The notes under the pieces are model-generated. The model saw nothing but the letters and a program-made list of their open reading frames with translations. It was not told the origin of the DNA and did not search any database. A stretch of 64,000 bases of DNA from Thermoplasmata archaeon (lineage in GTDB: Archaea > Thermoplasmatota > Thermoplasmata > Lutacidiplasmatales > UBA184), in assembly GCA_035945215.1 (NCBI GenBank), contig DASZAJ010000002.1:34129-98128 (forward strand), given 5' to 3'. Positions 59,289-64,000 of the stretch are shown here, piece by piece. Position 1 is the stretch's first letter, and every line of letters starts with the position of its first letter. The position numbers and the translations under genes are program-made.

Positions 59289-59533
59289 CCGCGATGGACT
59301 ATTTCAATGAGTTTGGACGCGCTGAGACGCTACTAGACCCAGGTCCCTCCATCGTGGACGCGCCCGTCAAGCACGCGAGACCAAAGGTATCGGCCCAACT
59401 TGCATTGGGCGTAGTAACCGGTCGAAGGGCGCGGCCCCGGCCATGGGACAACGATTGATTCGCGTCAATCGAACCACTCAATTCCCTAACTCTATGAACT
59501 GCGGGGGCTCGGGCCCACCGTAGCCCCTGATCC

Positions 59534-60838
59534 ATGAACCTGGTCGCCGCGGTGCTCATCTCGGCAATCTTCGGAGCGGTGATCGCTCGCCAACTGTCCG
59601 CCCAGGGGCCCCCTATCTGGGCCATCCTCGTCGCCGGATCCTTCGCTACTGTCGCATTGGGAGTGCTTTCCGTGGACGAGGCCGAGGCCTCGTTCGCTTC
59701 CTCCGTGCCGACCCTAGCCTTCCTCGGTTCGCTCTTCCTGTTCGCGGGAGCGCTGGAGGGAGCGGGAGCGCTCGATCATCTGGCTCGGTGGATCCTTGAC
59801 CGGGCCCGACGGCCCGCCGCGCTCCCGTTCGATCTCTTCGTCGGTCTTGGAATCGTTTCCGCGTTCATGGTGAACGACGCCCTGGTCGTAATCGGAGTGC
59901 CGCTGTTGATCGGGGTGGCAACCCGATTGAAAGCCGACCCGAAGCCCCTCTTGCTCGTCCTCGCGTTCTCAGTGACGATCGGGAGCACCCTCACCCCGTT
60001 TGGCAACCCGCAGAACCTGCTCGTCGCGATCGCGAGCGGAGTCAGTTCCCCGGTGACGACTTTCCTACGCTATCTCGCGATCCCGACGGCGATCAACTTG
60101 CTCCTAGGGGGCTGGTATCTCCGCTGGGTCTACGGGCGCAAGATTCTGCCGGGCAGCAACTCGGCAGCCCGCTCTACGGGGAGAATGCGGCTCTTCCCCA
60201 GCCACGGATGGGGTCCGCGGTTGCGGTCTTACCCGGTTCTCGTGATCTTCCCGGGCACGATACTAGTGCTCGTGACGCTCGACCTCCTATCGGCGGTCAC
60301 TCGGGGCCCACAGATCCCGATCTGGGAGATCGCGCTCGCGGGAGCCGTCCTCCTCCTGCTCGTCAGCCCCGGACGAACTCAGACGGTCCAGCGGGTCAAC
60401 TGGTCGATCTTGCTCCTCTTTGCCGGCTTGTTTGTCGTCGTCGGAGGGGCCATTCAGGGCGGCGTGATTGGGACTCTCGAGGGGCTGTTCCCGATTCCCG
60501 GCCCCGGCCATTCGACGGGAGCGCTGCTCGCCGTGGTTGGGACTTCGACGGTGGGGAGCCAACTCGTCAGCAACGTCCCGTGGGTCGCCTTGCAGATCCC
60601 GGTCCTGACCGGTGCGGGGTATGGTGCCGGGACCCCGGTCATCTGGATGGCGCTCGCCGCGAGTAGCACGCTCGCCGGAAACATCACGTTCCTGGGGGCC
60701 GCGAGCAACATCATTCTGGTCGACGCGGCCGAGAAGCTCGGCGTCAAAATCCACCTTTCCGAGTTCGTGCGCGGTGGACTTCCTCTGGCCACCATGACGA
60801 TCGCAGTGCTTGTCCTATCCTTGTCTGTCGGCCTGTAG
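59534..60838 (+). CDS. ArsB/NhaD/SLC13-superfamily permease
   Basis: SAFMVND, TPFGNPQN, SQLVSNVP and LAGNITFLGAASNII. Confidence 0.88.
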   Translation: MNLVAAVLISAIFGAVIARQLSAQGPPIWAILVAGSFATVALGVLSVDEAEASFASSVPTLAFLGSLFLFAGALEGAGALDHLARWILDRARRPAALPFDLFVGLGIVSAFMVNDALVVIGVPLLIGVATRLKADPKPLLLVLAFSVTIGSTLTPFGNPQNLLVAIASGVSSPVTTFLRYLAIPTAINLLLGGWYLRWVYGRKILPGSNSAARSTGRMRLFPSHGWGPRLRSYPVLVIFPGTILVLVTLDLLSAVTRGPQIPIWEIALAGAVLLLLVSPGRTQTVQRVNWSILLLFAGLFVVVGGAIQGGVIGTLEGLFPIPGPGHSTGALLAVVGTSTVGSQLVSNVPWVALQIPVLTGAGYGAGTPVIWMALAASSTLAGNITFLGAASNIILVDAAEKLGVKIHLSEFVRGGLPLATMTIAVLVLSLSVGL

Positions 60839-61414
60839 GTCCCGGACGAGGCCCGGACCATGCCGTACCCCGATCAAGGCCGGCGAAACGGCAGTACGGC
60901 TGCGGAACGCACGCGTTCTATCAGGTGTTGTTGGAGCCCGAGGGGACGACCCGCCCGATCCGGCGAGCATCGGCAGTTCCAGCATCAAGCATCGGCGCGA
61001 TTCACCCGAGTCTGCCATACCCTTCGGTCGAGCAGCTTCGGATGCTCTCCTAGGCGGCCTCGGGCCGGCCGACCAGCAAAGGGTGGACCCCCCTTAGCCC
61101 ATGCCCCCGCAAATCGATTCGCGGAAGAGCTGTCGACGGCCTTGATGTAAACTTGCGAAATCGCAAGAAGTGCCGAGGGCCAAAGTGGGACTTGTGGGGC
61201 CAGCTCAGGGAGATCGGCCTTCTACGTCGTAAATACTCGCTCTGCAGTAGTACCACGTCTCAAGCCGCTATCTGGCCCCGATGACCAATTCCGGTTCGCC
61301 CACTTCGAACTCCAGGATCCGGATCGCCCGGTCCTGAAAGTGGACCTAGAACGATGCGCATTCCTCGACTTTTTCGCGTCGGGTTAAAGACCCACCCGCG
61401 CCCATGCCCCGCCG

Positions 61415-63580
61415 ATGTCCAAGACGGAGTTTTCTTTGGGAGTCCTGAACGACCGGATTCGACTAGCCTCGAGGGCTGGGAGCGTTCGACAAGCACCGGG
61501 GCCTGGAGTCATCCTACGTGTAGTCTGCCTGGTTGTCGTGCTTGGATTCACTTCGAATTGGGCCGCGGCGGGGACCCACCCAGGGACTTGGAAATCCCCC
61601 AACTCGGCGACCGGAGCTCTCCGGCCAGAAGGCGTGACGACCAACGTCGGACTGAATCTGAGGGTCTCCATCCACAATACCATGCCCAATGCCACCGGCA
61701 TCTACCAACAGCCGATCAGGATCGATAGCGCGGCGTTCAGGGCTTGGATCAACTCCAATTGGACCAATGGCCGGGTGTACGACGCGACTTCCGGAAACCC
61801 TCGGTACGCCTGGATCGAATCCGGGGCGAGCAACGTCTCCAACGGCACCTTGCTCTGGGTGAAGATGCCCTCGATTTCGGCGGGCGGCTGGTCCAATCTT
61901 ACGGTCTCCTTCGGAACTTTGACCTCATTCGACCTCGCCGCGACGGGATACATGGGCGAGGCCCCAGAGCTCAGCGCTTCGTATGGGGCGTTCGACAATG
62001 GGGCCAAGGTCTTCAATTTCTACGACGGTTTCGCGGGTACTTCGCTGGGTTCCGTTTGGCACGTGCGGGGAAGTTGGAATTACTCACTGGACAAGGGGAT
62101 CAATCTCGATTCCACGCCGGGTCAGGGAGGTGGCATCTTCACGAACAAGACGTTTAGCTACCCGGCCGTCGTCGACGCCTACAGCAACCTTTTCGAATCG
62201 AATCCAGCCATCTCCTACACCGGACAAGGCCTCGGGTACGGCGGCTGCATGGCATGCACGCCCTCGAATTCCAGCGCGGTCGGTTGGCAGGCTCAAACAT
62301 CGTTGAAGGACGGTCCTTCGCCCTGGGCGGCCCGGAACGCCACCCACGAGAACGGGACGTCCGTCTTCCCGACTCAAAGGTACGCCGTCTTCACGACGGA
62401 AGCGGTCAACCGATCGATCGCCTACTTCTTGGACAATTACCAGGGACTTCAGAGGTTGACCATTGGGATTCCGTTCGATCCCGTGCCGGTTATCGTAGCC
62501 CAGACCGGCTGGCCCGCGGGGCCCCTGACAAACCCGTTCAACACAACGTGGATCCGGGAGCGGACGTACGAGGCCCAGACCCCGACCGTCAAGGTAGGCG
62601 GAATCCCGGAATCCGCGGTGACCTTCCTCGCTTCGGGTTTGCCTTGGGGAACGAGTTGGACCGTCGCGCTCGGCCAATCCCCCGCTACATCCACCGGGCC
62701 CATCTCCTTCCTCGAGCCGAACGGAACGTACTCCTACACGGTCGGGGCGATCGCGGGCTTCAACGCCACCCCTAGCTCGGGGTCGGTCACCGTCGTCGGC
62801 GCACCGCTCAATGTGACGGTCCGGTTCACCGCTTCGAGTTCCACCACGTATTACGGTGTGGACTTCACCGAGACCGGACTCTCCTCCAGCGCCTCCTGGG
62901 TCGTAAACCTCAGCGGAACGACGCGAACCGCGACCTCGAGCACGATCGGGTTCACGGAGCCCAATGGATCCTACTCCTACTCCGTCTCCTGCGGGACGAA
63001 CTATACTGCAAGTCCGGCCTCGGGAAAGGTCAAAGTCGCCGGATCGATCGTGGCGGTGGCTATCACATGCCAAAACGCCACCGGGGGTTTCGTCCCGCTC
63101 AGGATGGTCGTCTTCGAATCGACCGGTGTCCCGGGAACCCTCGAGTGGAGCGTCACCCTGACCCCGGCGTCTTCGGGGCTGAGGATTCTGATCAGCACGC
63201 TTTCGATCACCCGAACGGCTGCGGGAGGACAGACCATCACCTTCCGAGCCAGTAGTGGGACCTACTCGTACTCGGCGCAGGCCGTTGGCTATTCGCCGCT
63301 CAACGGGACGGTAAGCATCGGTTCCGCGTCGACGTTGACGGTCGCCGTGAGCTTCCTGCCCCCTCCGCACTCCACGAACGGCCCGGCCCCTTCGGTCCTC
63401 CCGCAGTTCGCGGCGTTCGGCGTCGCGATCCTTGCGATCGGTGCGGTCGGCCTCGCCGCCACAGCCTATTGGGCACGGTCTCGACGTGTCGAGAGGGGTC
63501 GCGACCTGGTGCGAGGGATCGCCGAGATCGAATGGACGAACGACGGATCGGGCGAGCCCGCACCGCGGATGAACCGGTGA
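61415..63580 (+). CDS. Surface protein: DUF2341-like domain, 3 thermopsin-type repeats, TM anchor
   Basis: YQQPIRID, YAWIESG, LWVKM and GEAP.LS..YG.FDNG..VF.FYD.F; VxFxxxGL repeats; C-terminal TM followed by RSRR. Confidence 0.85.
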   Translation: MSKTEFSLGVLNDRIRLASRAGSVRQAPGPGVILRVVCLVVVLGFTSNWAAAGTHPGTWKSPNSATGALRPEGVTTNVGLNLRVSIHNTMPNATGIYQQPIRIDSAAFRAWINSNWTNGRVYDATSGNPRYAWIESGASNVSNGTLLWVKMPSISAGGWSNLTVSFGTLTSFDLAATGYMGEAPELSASYGAFDNGAKVFNFYDGFAGTSLGSVWHVRGSWNYSLDKGINLDSTPGQGGGIFTNKTFSYPAVVDAYSNLFESNPAISYTGQGLGYGGCMACTPSNSSAVGWQAQTSLKDGPSPWAARNATHENGTSVFPTQRYAVFTTEAVNRSIAYFLDNYQGLQRLTIGIPFDPVPVIVAQTGWPAGPLTNPFNTTWIRERTYEAQTPTVKVGGIPESAVTFLASGLPWGTSWTVALGQSPATSTGPISFLEPNGTYSYTVGAIAGFNATPSSGSVTVVGAPLNVTVRFTASSSTTYYGVDFTETGLSSSASWVVNLSGTTRTATSSTIGFTEPNGSYSYSVSCGTNYTASPASGKVKVAGSIVAVAITCQNATGGFVPLRMVVFESTGVPGTLEWSVTLTPASSGLRILISTLSITRTAAGGQTITFRASSGTYSYSAQAVGYSPLNGTVSIGSASTLTVAVSFLPPPHSTNGPAPSVLPQFAAFGVAILAIGAVGLAATAYWARSRRVERGRDLVRGIAEIEWTNDGSGEPAPRMNR

Positions 63581-63581
63581 G

Positions 63582-63998
63582 ATGTACCCCGCTCGACGGG
63601 TGTACCGGCTCCGACCGATGGCGGGCCTCGCCCCGGAGGGGCGCGAATTGGACCACGAGTACTCGGCCGCTGAAGGGGCGACGGTTTCCCCACCTCGAGG
63701 GCTGAGCTGGCAAGAATATCGGATCGGCGCCCGTATACTGCTCCACATCGCAACTTTCCCGAGGATGGACCCGGGAGAGACCGCCCCGGAGGGCCTGACA
63801 CAGTCGGGGATGGCCCGCCTTCTCGGATCAAACCGTGTCTCCGTGACTCAGGCTTTGCAATCGTTAGAAGATGGTGGTGCCGTGCGGGGCGTCCGAGGGC
63901 ATGCCCAAAATCACCGACGGCGCGTCAAGGTCTACCGGCTCACCCCCGAAGGCGAGGTTCTGGTCGACCACATTCGGGCCGGGATGGGCGGACGTTAG
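63582..63998 (+). CDS. Winged-helix (MarR-like) protein
   Basis: LTQSGMARLLGSNRVSVTQALQSLE...KVYRLTPEG; starts 1 nt after the upstream stop. Confidence 0.8.
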   Translation: MYPARRVYRLRPMAGLAPEGRELDHEYSAAEGATVSPPRGLSWQEYRIGARILLHIATFPRMDPGETAPEGLTQSGMARLLGSNRVSVTQALQSLEDGGAVRGVRGHAQNHRRRVKVYRLTPEGEVLVDHIRAGMGGR

Positions 63999-64000
63999 AA

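Noticed and set aside
13460-63580. PGF-CTERM/PEF-CTERM archaeosortase signals on the surface proteins
   Set aside because: No PGF or PEF tripeptide precedes the C-terminal TM helices, and no archaeosortase gene is in the window.

Overview
High-GC prokaryotic window with no rRNA, tRNA or CRISPR array that I can support. It is probably archaeal and Thermoplasmata-like (inference from TATA boxes about 25 nt ahead of start codons, thermopsin-type/PKD/DUF2341 surface proteins and response regulators with no DNA-binding domain). About a third of the window encodes six large membrane-exported repeat proteins. The largest is a >3,190-aa minus-strand ORF (9580 to beyond the left edge) that the ORF track omits. 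It faces an intact but catalytically dead IS630-type transposase gene across an AT-rich divergent promoter. Other content: an arsC-aquaporin pair with a divergent Cys-rich HxlR regulator; a PAS histidine kinase/REC/REC-PAS-Hpt/REC cluster; two stand-alone 7TM proteins, each beside a YVTN propeller protein; a collagen-like membrane protein with a VgrG/Gp5-like motif; three VapBC modules; a solo IS630 HTH gene; and a roughly 18-kb stretch of small stress/detox genes. Family assignments are from motif recognition by eye, not database searches.
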